Positions 1-13,139 of a DNA stretch of 64,000 bases are shown one piece after another. The position numbers were made by a program, and so were the translations under genes. The DNA is from Lytechinus pictus. Taxonomy: Eukaryota. The stretch covers positions 30,816,001 through 30,880,000 of the forward strand of contig NC_087251.1 of assembly GCF_037042905.1 (NCBI RefSeq). The letters are read 5' to 3'. Position 1 is the stretch's first letter, and each line of letters starts with the position of its first letter. Under the pieces are notes generated by a model. The model did no database searches and was not told where the DNA came from. It worked only from the letters and a program-made list of their open reading frames with translations.

Positions 1-241
1 AATCTTTTGACTAGAGAAACTACCTGATGATTACTTTTCAGTGTATAGAAGCATACTACATGTACATGGGTTTAATAGTTAGAACGATGGTAAGCCAGGC
101 TTGTACATAATGCTGCAAAAAATTATGCTTTCTTTGATTGCTTTGACTTTGATTCAAGAAACCATATATCATGCTGGCTCAATAACATGTTAATATGTTA
201 GTCCTATTGCATCTATGTCCAAGAAATCTTGCTTTCTTTAC

Positions 242-283
242 CTTCTTGATAACAGGTGATTCTTGCTTAATATTACTCTTCAT
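242..283 (-). CDS. PELI: Candidate 42-nt Pellino exon (MKSNIKQESPVIKK)
   Basis: Clean acceptor tccatttccttttccAG and donor AAG|GTAAAG; 14 codons without a stop. Phase 0-0 is compatible with the preceding exon. No recognisable homology. Confidence 0.55.
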
Positions 284-514
284 CTGGAAAAGGAAATGGA
301 TTGGTGAATCATATTGAAAGACTGTGGACTATTCCCTGTCATAATTAGGTATTACATGCAAATCAATTAAAAGTTTTTTTGTTTTTTTTAATAATCACAT
401 TTCTCCATTCCATATGCGATTAAAATGCCATTCAATATTATACATGTATATATTATCTTCCTGACTCATGCAGTCCTCATTACTTGGTCATGAAAAATTC
501 CTCTTGATGTTATC

Positions 515-660
515 AACAATGATGACCATGATATTGATAACTGATGATTGTAATGATGATGATAATGATGAAGATGGTGATGGTAATGATTAATAATGGT
601 GATGATCATGGTGACAATAGTGACAGTGATAATTAAGATGATCAAGATGATAAAGATGAA
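515..660. repeat. Degenerate (GAT)n trinucleotide repeat
   Basis: Run of gat/aat/ggt triplets that contains stop codons. Confidence 0.8.
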
Positions 661-1570
661 ATACTAGTATATCACTTAGAAAAAGTTCTGTATGCAGTTC
701 TTTAGTTGTTGCCATGTCATTCAAAACTCTATGCACCTTTCATATTGTTGAGAACATCCCTGTCTATTCTAATTGTACAAAATCTGATGTTGGAAAATAT
801 GTTTGTTTCTTCATATATTTATTATATACATGTACATTAAAAGTATATTCCCGCATGACTGGAAAGACTCTACTTAAAAGTACAATATAAATCATACTCC
901 GTTCCTGTTTTATTTTACGTTCTGCTATGAAGAAGTTTTTTTTTAATCCATCTCGTTCCAGTTGATGATAACAATTTCGCTACCAATAAAACCCACTAAA
1001 TCACTGATGAAATCTTCACTGTTTACTGAAATTACTTGTGCTTTGAATAACAAAATGCATAATTTGCATAACCCCATTTTTGTTGCAAGGGTATTAAGAG
1101 CACCCAAGCTGTTAACATTGTTGGACGTCAAACATTAATCAGTATTCCCATTCTATTGGAATTACCATAAACCTAATTACTCCCTTATTAACATACATCA
1201 CCTCAAACCAAATCAATACCCTTAATTGTAATAATATCATGACCTACTGATCACAAAGGATACATAATGCACTAAAGGCCTACATGCTATTAAAATTGTT
1301 TAAATATATGGGTACAGAAATAAAATATTCATCAAAGTAGAATCACTTGCCTGGAATAAAGGGTGAAAGATATACATGAACATGTAACAAGTTCTATATT
1401 GTTTAAAACAGCATTCTGAAATGTTGGTCCATACTCCATGGAACAATATCTGGCCATTGATCTTTCTTTGATGGGCATCTTTCTTTCATTTTTTAGATAA
1501 TATATTTTCCATTTTGTGTTGGTGTTTCTTTTTTTACGGGGGGGGGGGGGAGGGGGGTATGTTAACGAAC

Positions 1571-1700
1571 CTCTCCTTGTTTTGAAGCGTTGATTTCATA
1601 CTGTTTGTCGGGTTTCACTCCATTAGCTGTATCTCTCTTAAAAAGCCCAAAGGTACTCCGCCTTCTACCTCGGTTCCCGGCTGGAAGAACTCCATTGTAT
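1571..1700 (-). CDS. PELI: Pellino exon (YNGVLPAGNRGRRRSTFGLFKRDTANGVKPDKQYEINASKQGE)
   Basis: Acceptor tgttttgattgactttgtAG and donor GAG|GTTCGT; 130 nt, phase 2-0. It closely resembles PELI1 YNGSLPNGDRGRRKSRFALFKRPKANGVKP and joins in frame to ...VVLG. Confidence 0.96.
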
Positions 1701-2919
1701 CTACAAAGTCAATCAAAACAGTCAGAATGGTATTCATAACATATATCAATAACAAACAAAACATGATTCTGTGTTTACTTAGAGTTACAATCACAATGTT
1801 TACTGATAAATGTTTACTCATAACAGAATTAGTATTTAACATGATATTCAAAATACAATGCCTATCAAATTAAAAATTACTCATATTTACAAATCACAAT
1901 TTCATTTTCACATTTCCTAATGTGAAAAATAATTATCATCACATATAACAAATATATTCACTCTCATATGATACTGCTGCTACTAATGATAATGATATAT
2001 TAATGATATACTTTTTGTTGTTGCAATTATTTTAATGTTTTATACTAACAATAGGACCCCATCGGAAATAAGCTTTTCAGCTTTCATGGGCTATCCTGTC
2101 AAATTCATTGTAGTCACCTGTTATATAATAATGATAATGTAATTCATAATAATAATAACAATATGATAATAATAATCACATGATTTTAACCAAGTCAATC
2201 ATATACTCAAGAATAGGCATAGGCCTACATACATGTACATGTACATGTACCGGTAAGGACATTTTTTAAAGTAGACAATAAAAATGAATTACATGCACCT
2301 ATGTATAAATGATGTGATTCCTGATAAAGCTTAACTTGCAACCAACCACAAGGTGTTTTGAAATTAATGCAACATACCTATTCTAAGAATGGCTACGACA
2401 GAGGTTAAGGATGTTCTAAAAAAATACAGGACATAACTATACATGATGAAAAACATTATTTGAAACATTTCCAAACACACTGCATATATTATTAATTAAG
2501 ATACATGTACTGTATGTAATTTCAACTTTTGAGTGATTAAAAAAGTATCAACAAAACCCACAAAGGAGTTTTGATTTCATCTGCAAAAGTACAGTTCTAG
2601 ATCTATCAAATTGTTGAGTATATTACATTCCATGATTTCATTAAAATCAGCAAAGCTGAGGCTCTGCATTTGTTTCTAATTCATTATGACTGTCAAGGAC
2701 CACAAAAGAAAACGTACAAATGTAGTAGCTTCACAGACGAAGGGGGAGGGGGGTCAAAAGCGAGTAGTTTTACAAGTACCTCACAATATGTGACAAATTT
2801 AGGGAAAAACAAGTTAGGGATTTTATTTTTAAGAAAAAAAATACAAAAAAACAAGATGATTCCCAAGAGCATGCATATACTATATATATCTATATATATA
2901 TATATATACAGTGTTTAGG

Positions 2920-5598
2920 CAAGTCTCGACATTAGCGGTGGCCCGGTGGCCCGGGGCCACCAGTAGGGACAGTGATTTTCCGCGATCGCGGAAAACGGAC
3001 GGAATTCACGGAAAGGGCCTTTTGAAACGGAAAATGGCATTTCAAACGGAAAATCACGGAAAACGTATTTTCCCTCAAAATACACAGAATAGCAACAGAA
3101 ATTACTCCAAAATCACAACAAAATGAGAATATTAAATGGCCAAAAAAAACCAGAAAACACGATCTCACTTCGCTACTATCATGACAATTCACACATCGTG
3201 ACTGCACTCGACATCAGCACACTCGATTGTACCCGTACCCCGCACCGTACCCAACCCGGCCGGCCGGGTTGGGCTTCACATGCACACATGTATCGTTCAA
3301 CTACATGTACACAGTTGTGTGTTGCTGCCCTCTACGTTTGAAGATGTAACAGCACGATATATCGTGGTCTTAAAATCCAAGATGGCGGATTGGGAAAAGA
3401 CGTTGACTGATGATAACGATGTCCAAAAACCCCCAAAATTATCGATGAAATATCATTTCACCGTGAAATAATGCTAATAATATGAAAGGTGAGGATGTAT
3501 GCATGCAAAATGGGTGTGTTAAAATATTTTATTCACCCGCATAGATCCGATTAGAACGGATTTTATTGTGTTGTTGGTACAGTAGCAGATACAAATTTTG
3601 ACCAGTGCGAGTGTGCATGTAAATGTGTAAACGGAATTGTCACTTTTCCGTGTGTACAAAGTCTATGGGGAAACGGAATTTCCGTTTTCTGACATGCTGA
3701 AACGGAATTTGAGATTTTCTGAAACGGAAAAGGCAATTTTTTGAAACAGAAAATCACTGTCCCTACACCAGAAATTCACTTCGGGCAACCATTATTGATA
3801 AAATGTTAAGTTTTGGTTGCCCGAATTGGGCAACCAATAATTTTCAAAGAAGCGCAATTTTTCTCCCGATTTTGCACGCATTTATCAACTTTCTACAGTT
3901 CAAATTGCAAGCCAGTTCGTCATGCGCCCTTTTTGTTGATCTACACACACACAAAGTTTGCATATTAGGCCTACAGCTATAGCATATAGTAGCTATTATC
4001 CAGCCAGCCGCGCCGGCCGGCTGGCGTGAGTTTGCATGAAGCCACTGCATACAGCTGTGCTCTAGATCTAGCTCAGCCTATTCAGACTCCGGGAGCTGCG
4101 ATAAAAAATGTTGCTGCTAAGAAATCTTCCACAGAACTTTGAAAATCTAAGTCAAAGTCACATTTTACACCAATGAAATGACATTCTACAGTCTATATTA
4201 CGAAAATTTGGTGTACCCTGATTATTTGCAAGCATTAAGAAGAGGAATTATGACCTCTCTTTTGAATACAAAAGACCGATTTCCAAATGAATTAATACAC
4301 ATAAAAACACATAGGCAAGTACATCACAGTCCCACATGTGCATTTGTATGTATGTTGATACTTGGTTTCTTTCGAAGCTGTGTCTTTTCTAGCCAAAAAT
4401 GAACAGACAGTTTCTTTCTTTCTTGTTTATAAATGACTTCTTACACCACTCTTGAGAAAGTAAATACTTTGGGAAGGCATTTCATTGATATGAAATGTGA
4501 ATTTTTCCAACATTTTGGCAAATTTAGGGAAGGACTTTTCTCACACTTTTTTTCCAGATATAACTTTTGCCGTTTTCTTTTTTTTTTTCCTTTTTTTTTA
4601 CAGTGGTTAAACCATTTATACCCCTTCCCATTGAATATGCCTGATTAAAAAATATGTTTCTACTGAAAATTAAATAATACAAACTAAAGGATATAAAAAT
4701 AGAAATGTGCCATTCCCAGAAGGTAAGTGAAAATTATTTGCTTGGCTTTTAATTATATTCCAGTCAGAATAGACTGTTGCCACAGCTGTTAAAAAATATT
4801 CGTAATGGCTTCTTAATTTTCCCCTTTTCCCCATGTTTATATTAATTTTGTTTTATTCATTTTTCTTTCATTTTTTTTTCTCTCTAATTTTTTTCTTCTT
4901 TTTTTTTCCCTGTTCTTTGTTTTTTCTTTCTTCCTTTTCTTTCTTTTGTTTTATTTCACTTATTTCTTTTATTATTTTTGTTTTCTTTTTGTAATATACT
5001 TTTTGAAAATTATTTTCATTTGTTTCCCCCTTTTATGCATTGTTAATTTTGCAGCATATTTTTCTGTGATTTTCTCCTGCTATAATATGCTGCAAAAGAG
5101 AAAACAGAAATAAACTGGATTTGGGGCCTGCATAATCTAGGTTTCAGGACTCAAAGAGGAAGAAATGAAAAACCATTGTTTTGTACATCTATCTGAGTTT
5201 GCTATGCACTATTTATTTACTTTACCATTATTATGAGTGTGTGTCTATACGGAGATAAAAAAAGTCCACACAACCTGCGAACAATAAAATTCATTTATTC
5301 TCTTTCAATCATTTTCTTTTTACAACGATAGAAACAATTTATATTTTACCACAAACCAATTAGCAAAGTAAAATAACAGCAAACAAGGTTTACATACAAG
5401 ATGATGAAGTGAAAGTAACTTTAGTGGTAGTGGCTGCAGAATTGATATTTCAGAAGTTTGTTTTATTAATTTTTCATGTTTTTTTAAATATTTTTTGGCG
5501 GGTCACCAAACTTTAATATCGGGCCACCAAAAAAAATTATTTGATGGTTTTGGTGGCCCGAACGGGCCACCACCAAAAAAAGTTAATGTGGAGCCTTG
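2920..5598. mobile_element. Non-autonomous DNA transposon (outer element of a nested pair), 7-bp TSD
   Basis: Imperfect 17-bp TIR CAAGTCTCGACATTAGC / GTTAATGTGGAGCCTTG. Subterminal GGTGGCCC/GGGCCACC repeats at both ends. Flanking direct repeat GTTTAGG (2913-2919, 5599-5605). Confidence 0.8.
2964..3765. mobile_element. hAT-like non-autonomous element nested in the previous element, 6-bp TSD
   Basis: Perfect 17-bp TIR TAGGGACAGTGATTTTC / GAAAATCACTGTCCCTA. TSD CACCAG on both sides. Many subterminal ACGGAA motifs. Confidence 0.88.
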
Positions 5599-7769
5599 GT
5601 TTAGGGTATCTTAAACATTAAACAAATAATTTGATAAGGGGCATGTTTTTACATTTACCCTTGTTTAAGGGATTAAATGTAAACAGTGTCATGCATTCAT
5701 TTCATTCCATTCATTTATTTTAGCAAAACTTGCTACATCAAATTTTCACTCCACAGCCAGGTTGCTAAGAGACAAGGAGTAAATCTTATGTAACAATGAG
5801 AAGTGTTAAAGAATGTGAGAGATTCTTTTGCTTTCATGAATGACTTGAGTTAATTTACATATGTGCAGGGAAGGTTCTTTTCAGTCAGGTTCAGTGAGCA
5901 TTTTTAACAAAATATATAGGCTTGGTGAAGCACACATGTTCAGGTCGAGAGCAACTATTTTAGCTGCCATCTACATTTCATATGATTTTCACCTGCATGA
6001 GTCCAGATTAAAGCAGAATTTATGCTGATATTTTTATGCCTGAATTTAAGAAGAGCTCTACCGGTGAGTAAAACAGTGGTTTCTTATAATTCTCTTATAA
6101 AAGCACAAAAAAGATAAGTATGTAAATAAGCTACTTTCAAAATGTAAAAAAAGAGAAAAGAAATAGGAGTACTTTCAGGAAACTTGTGGTTGCACTATAT
6201 ATGCACAGCAATAAAGTTGAACCCCCCCCCAAAAAAAAAAAAAAAAAAAATGCAGAGCAACACCCATAGGCCCCCACAACTGCACATTTGGCTTGGGAAA
6301 TGTACACCTCCTTGTCCTGTACAGTTCCCATGGTTATGCATATACAACATGCTAAAGAAGCATGACCACTACTGCTGAACCACATTCATATTACATGAAG
6401 TGTCAATGATAAACACATGCATCTGTCAGCATCCAAACCAACCACAGCATGGTGTTGTGATCTAGAATTCACACACAAGGTAGGGGATTTCCCAGAAATG
6501 GGAATGGGTACTTCACCTTCCAGGTTTCCTAGATGTTGGTTACACTTGGGAATTTCATGGATGGTGAAATAAATGATGCATCTTTCTTGGGAAAATGCTG
6601 TTCCTACGTTATAGCCCCTTCGCTATACTATTGATCAAGTAACTTTCCTTTTAATATCCTGTCTATATTCTATCAAATTCTGACAAGTATTCAATCAAAG
6701 ACATTTAAATTTTATTTACCGCAGTGACCATTCTAACCTCTTTCATTAATTCAGTGTCAGAAAATTTGAATTTTGTGATAAACAATAGTGGATATTACTG
6801 CACATTAGAATGCTTTCTTCAAAGACTTGAAATGTTTAATCCCATTTCATACTTGAAAAGATAAATATCAAATAAAAGCATTACCAACAAAATTACCAGT
6901 TTTATATAGATCACATCTCTCACACGTGTGTGGTTGGCCTACTAATTTTGGTTAGCCCATTCAAGGAGAAGCTCCTTGGCCCATTTTAATGAAAGGGGCT
7001 CTAAAATGTAGTGGACCTTGCTAAGCCCAGGAAATTGGGTGAGATGTTGCAGCGCTAAGAATCTTCTGAGCCCTGTCAATTTCCTGATGAATTAAAGCAA
7101 AATTTTGCCAGTGTGAACTGCATTAGGCCTACACCCAAAATTTTGAGGACTTAATATAAATCTCCCTTTGCTCCATGGTTTTTAGTGACCAGTCTAATCC
7201 TTGAGACCAATCTCATTTATGTAAATTTGAATCTAAACAACAGTACTTCTAAATCTCTATTAGTAGGCCTATTTGAATTCAAATCTTTAGGGTTTAACTC
7301 TAAATTCAACATTAGACTTGTCACTATACGACAGCTGATCTGGATTTAATTGTAAATCTATTAATTTAGTGTTTTGTGTACTATGTACATGTGGGCCTGC
7401 ATCAAAAAGAACCATTACATCAATGATGCAATATTTTTCTTTTGAACAAATACTGATTTTGAACAAGAAATAACCTTTGTTATAAAGATCTGTCATAGTT
7501 TGTCAATAATTCAATTTCAAATAAATTTAAAAACAAAATTGCTATGAAGAGACAAAATAGAGAAATTTGTGAATCTCATACGCGTATAGATGGTTAACAA
7601 ATGAAGAATTCAAAAAATATATATGTAAAATGTTTATGTAAAAAGGAAGTCAAGCCTTATGTTCTCATTTATCCTATGTGATTGAGACTTATTATTCATA
7701 AAAAGATACAGTAGGAACTTTATAATAAACATTTCAATGGAATTGCAATCATCATTTCTTCATAAAACT

Positions 7770-8435
7770 AGTACATCAATGATGTGATGCTCATCCGGCA
7801 TCTTGCAACAAAATTTAACACAATTTTAAATTTCAGCCCAGTTGACACTGTAGTGAATTATATTGGTGACATAAATTGAGGAAACAAAATTTAAATTGAT
7901 GAAGAAATGAGAGAAGTAATTTTTGTGATTTATGAAAAAAAATCTTAAAAATCAGCAGACTGGTAAATAATTTTTTAGTCAAAATTTCTAAATTCTGTGT
8001 AGAACCTTGGTAAAACTCATGTAGCTCTCAGATGGAACAAAAAAAAATCAAAATCGGTCAACAAATAAAGAAGAAGCATTTTATGTGAATTTTGAAAAAT
8101 ATGCATATATTAACATGAAACATTCTCCTACCAGAATTTCGAAATTCTGTGTAGAAATTTGGTGAACCTCATGAAGCTCTACCAGATGGAAGAAAAAAAA
8201 ATCAAATTGGTCAACAAATAAAGAAGAAGCATTTTTTTGTGAATTTCAATAAAAAGGGGAATAAATTAGCAAATTTAAATTTTAATGTTTCAAAATTTTG
8301 TGTAAAGTTTTGAATCCCCCAACTAAAAGCAAACAGAATTGAAATCGGACTTGAAATGACGAAGAAGAAGCACTTTGAAATTGAGTATGGATGACGGACG
8401 CCATGCCACGGCGTATTAAAGCTCATCCGGCCCTA
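7770..8435. repeat. Interspersed element with an internal tandem array of about 165 bp (two full units and one partial)
   Basis: The unit aaattctgtgtagaa...ggtcaacaaataaagaagaagcatttt recurs at about 7990, 8142 and partially 8292. GCTCATCCGGC occurs at both 7789 and 8421. Confidence 0.6.
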
Positions 8436-9820
8436 ATAAGAAGTTTTTTCACAAGCCCTTTGCAGAAAGTAACAATGCCTTACTGATATGAGATTTTAAA
8501 AAGATCTAGTCAATACAGACAAATAGATCTAAATTTCTTACCAGAAAAATAAACCAATAAATTGTGTACATTTCCTGTTAAAGGAAAATGTAGGCAGAGA
8601 TTGGAATAGTATGAACATTTCCTGTTCTAGTTTCCACTCCTGTTTTCGTGAGTTTTATTTGTTTTGGTCTACATAGCTGTTAATGGGATATACATTTAAA
8701 CTTTGATGACCAATTTCCCTGAGTAGAAACAAAATATTAATGAGCTGTAACTATGCATGCATACTCGAATTCAGCCTAAATCTGCATCAATCAAAAAGAG
8801 AGCAAATTACAGTCAATTTCTTTGATTTCCTTTCCAATCATTCATTTAAAAAACAAAACTTTTATTTATCAAAAAAATCCTTAAAACATCTGTTCATCAT
8901 TAAAATCAGTACTACAAACCTTTAATACCACTCCTAAAGAATAAAATTACATATCCAATCTACTTCAAACATTGCTAAAATATATTTAGGTTACAATGAT
9001 TACCAAATTTTCCCAAAATTTTTTTTTCATCATTAGCAATGCTTTTTCTCCTAATTTTGAGGCATGTAGATAGCACTCTCAAACGAACTAGAATAAATCT
9101 AGATCCTGAGTCAAATCAAATTCCTGTACATGCTCCCACGATTTAAATCCCAGACTCGTACCACGCTCACACATGAGCATGCTGGGCACATGCACTCTAA
9201 CAATCGAGCAATGGGAAAAATTCAGAATGGTATCCCTCGGTGTCTCACCAATCAAACCAATCCACACATGTTTAAGTGTCTTTGACATTTGCCGTTCTCC
9301 CGTTACCCCTCGAGTTGCCATTTGCAGGCAAAAACTAATTTACAGCTGCGACTATGCATTGACGAGGACTGTTAAGCGTTTACGGACACCCTCTGAATAA
9401 TGGATGTAGCAAAGCTGGAGTAGAGCGTGAAAAACGCTAGCACTCCAGCTGCCATTTTGAAGGGTACAAGATGTAAATAAGGATGCTGTGGCCCAGAGCA
9501 TTAGAATGTCTCTACAACTGCACATCGAAAACATATAATGTAATATACTCTCAGAAAATTTTCCCGGAAATGCAACAACATATTCATCATTATGTACAGA
9601 TCAACTGTTCAGATAAGTCCAATGATTTTCACATTCATTTTTATTTCAGAACGGATTTTTGTTTTTACACCAAACCATCTGTTAACAGATCTGTAGATCA
9701 TGTTTTTCTTTATAAATAAGAGGGCCTGTTGCATAAAATTCATTACCATAAATAACTCTGGAAAAAAATCAAACTACAAAGATTATATAAAATCAAGAGT
9801 TAAAGCTGAATGGAACATAC

Positions 9821-9949
9821 CCAAGTACTACTAGTTGTCCATATCTTGTGGCCAAATTCCCTGATGACCTCTGGCCATCGTCGTCATAGTGACATGTAGC
9901 TGATAAAATGTCTCCTTTCAAGTGGCCAAGTCCACAATTATCTGGATTT
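9821..9949 (-). CDS. PELI: Pellino exon (NPDNCGLGHLKGDILSATCHYDDDGQRSSGNLATRYGQLVVLG), start of the FHA region
   Basis: Acceptor ttctctttatctcttcttacAG and donor GG|GTATGT; 129 nt, phase 2-2. RYGQLVVLG matches the Pellino N-terminal motif KYGELIVLG. Confidence 0.92.
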
Positions 9950-10154
9950 CTGTAAGAAGAGATAAAGAGAATTGCCAGAATTATGATTAAAATTAACCCT
10001 GGAGATTTTGTTTTAAGTTGTCTTCAGACACTCATGAAGCCTTATGAATAGCAATTCATCCTGCAATTAATTTGAAAATAAATGACTGCCTATGAAAAGC
10101 AAAACAGTCTAATACTCATAGTCAGAGACATGTCTTGGACAAAATACAACTTAC

Positions 10155-10165
10155 CTCTTTTTCAT
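10155..10165 (-). CDS. PELI: Candidate alternative first coding exon of Pellino (ATG AAA AAG AG|GTAAGT, giving MKKR-NPDNC...)
   Basis: Perfect donor AG|GTAAGT 205 nt upstream of the 9949 acceptor. An ATG 11 nt before it gives exactly the required phase 2. Confidence 0.4.
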
Positions 10166-13139
10166 GCACAAGTGCAAAATAAATATATTAATGAAATAAA
10201 AATGGGCATGGCAAAAGCCTCAAGGCACAGTGAAAATGAGTGTGTTAATACACATTATCAATAAATGACCAATGTCAGTGTGGACAGAGAAGATGATAAT
10301 ATCTAAAGCTGATTAAGAAGAGGACCCAAAGGTTGACAAAAGCCCCTCTTAACATCAGTTGAACTAGTATATGATCTGCATATTAAAATGTAGTTAGAAT
10401 CATATACTCATGTAATTAGATATCATATATTTGGTGATTCTTATATGTTCCAAATCATATAATTCAAACCATCAACACTCACAAAATCTGAAATGTTTTC
10501 TAAAGTTTGGCTAAAGCTTGACTAATCAGGAAGACTGATGCATCCATGCATCTTGCTTTTAAAAATTATCACTATAACAACCCCTCCCTCTTCTACCTCT
10601 CTTGGTCTCTCTCCATCTCTGCCTCCTCCTCCTCCACTCTCTATGTCTCTCATTCTCTCTCTTCATCTTCTTGGCTTTTCCATTAATCGAGCCATACACC
10701 TGAATCCGTCTTTTTATCTTCCCAGACTTGACCCTATCACGTTCTTGTGACTTGAGCTTGGCTGCTGCATGATGTGCTCACATTAGACAGTGCACTTAGG
10801 GCCCACAAACAAATGAAAGATTATAATTTCTCCCTGATTGAATAATAGCTTCACCAGCACATCGCTGGCAATGCAATTAAGGTTTCAAACATGTGATGAG
10901 CTTCAGCTACTCTTTGAATTCCATTGCATTAATTTAGAGTATTGATGAACTGTCTACAAAGTGATTACCATTCACCTATGTAATGGCATATTGCCTTGCA
11001 TGCAGCCCACTTGCCAATAAGGAACTTAGCTAGCTGGTTTTGAACCATGCATACACTTCCTGAAATGTAATAAATGCTACAGAGTATAAGAGGATTCATT
11101 ACACATGGTAGCTCATATATTCATAAACAAACACGGTATGGATTCCAAAACTTGTTCTATTAGATGAAAACATACAAAGGGTTTGCCATCCTGGTAGAGG
11201 GGTGGATCAAAACCAGTGAAGAGAAAATAAATACTGTTCACTATTGTGGATAAATGTAACATATGCTGTATGCCACAATATTATTGTACTATAAAATGAG
11301 AGATACAAAATCTAATTTAAGCATCACATCCTGCAAGCAACACTAATATAAAGCAGAGAAATCAAGTCGATAACAGAACCTACAGCATCAATTATCAGAT
11401 CATATAATATAACAAAATATTTTTATTCATCAATGAAAATTTCATATTGAATTGGATCAGATGAGTACCCTTTCCTCTCCCTCCTCTTCCCCCTCTCTTT
11501 CTCTCTCACTTCCACCATCACACATGCAGTCACAGACAGATGCAGGTCTAGGAAAGGAGAGAGGGAGGGGGGCAAGTGGGACATGCTCCCCTTTTTGGAG
11601 GACTTTTTTTTGCTTGACAAAATTTTCATGCGAAATGCTCCTGATGACCTTTATTTTTTCCCTTATTGTGTTTTCTAAGTAAGGTGCCCCCACCCGGTTG
11701 GTAGATCCCGGATCTGCCCTTGACTTTGACCATGGACACCAACTGAAATGCAGGTACATGAACCCGGTGCTGGTATCACATTCTGAATATTCAGGAAATG
11801 TTGATAATCGCTTCCTGATTGGAATAACAGCTGTGACCAAACCATACATTCTGTATGATATCACAAACTGTAAGATGCCCATAAGATAACTGTTACAGTC
11901 TGTCAGAGATCAATTCCTATTGATTGACTTATGACCAATATAACCTGACAAAAAATAGATTTATCTAGTACCAGAAAATAAATAATCCTACATTTTTTTT
12001 AAAGGTAGGTAGATTTAGCCTACATGTAGGCATGAAAATAATAGTACAGTGTACACGTAGCGCCCCATCGTATGTGAGATTGTAAAATAGGCAACAGTGT
12101 AGAGAATGAATTCACTCCTGGCATGAACTCTGCGAGGCCAAGGACAACCATCAACTGTCAAATAGAAAGGTGTTGAAAGGTTGCTTGCAAAGTATAGACC
12201 TACTTTAGCTTGTACATTACAGAGTGGTCAATTCTAGACTAGAAAACAATAATTTCCTACTTCTCTCCTCCTTTAATTAAGGATGTACATGTAGTTTGTT
12301 TGTACCATAATTTAAGTTTTCTACATGTAGTATTAGACATATTTTTGCACAATCAATGTGATTTTATAAGAGCATCATTAATATTCTTAAAATTAATCAT
12401 GCAATAAAATTATTACAAATAGTGAATCAACATTGATGCTAATTTCACCCTGAATGGAAATTTGTGTTGTGCCAAAGATTAAGTTTACTAATCCAATCCA
12501 GATTCATCAATACCTTATGCTGGTTTAATGTTAACATTTAAAATTCAAATTTTCTTGATCTGGCATTTACGACATTATGTACATTTCAGAAAGAATGATG
12601 CTGGTATGCCGGAGGGTGTAGGATGTACACCAAGTAATTACTCTGTCATTGCATGATACTTATGCATGTCAGTCTGTATGTCATCGGATGAAGTATCAAC
12701 ATTGATTTCATGAGTGAAAAGATTTCACACCCAATACTAGTCTGATTTTAATGCCATGAACATGAAAATAAAACATGCATGGAATGCACTTGAGAATGCC
12801 GTTCGATTGATGAAATGTACACCGACATATTACATGTACGCATTCTGCGCAAGCAAAAATCAAAGCACGAAATAAAATTCATGCAAGTCTACTACATGTA
12901 CTGCAGGGGAACCATGTAGGCTACATGTAAGACAGTGATCAATCAAGGAGGGGGGGGGTGTTGGAAGGGGAGTCGGGAAGAGTTAACTTTGACTAAGAGT
13001 CACAAGATACAGAATGCCTACTCTCATTAATATGCGAAAGAGTGCATCCCCTGAGCATGGTCTGACCAATGCTGTGATGCGTTATGTAACTTAATAGAAT
13101 TTAAAGTTAAATTGACACTACTTGTGAAACAATGAAAAT

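Noticed and set aside
515..660. Asp-rich coding exon
   Set aside because: It is a degenerate GAT repeat with stop codons, antisense to Pellino, and lacks splice sites.
1615..1851. 78-aa minus-strand ORF from the track
   Set aside because: It overlaps the Pellino exon in the wrong frame. The true frame reads YNGVLPAGNRGRRRS.
11457..11882. 141-aa minus-strand ORF in Pellino intron 1
   Set aside because: No recognisable domain. It is partly a GA-rich low-complexity tract, and I found no convincing splice pair in phase.
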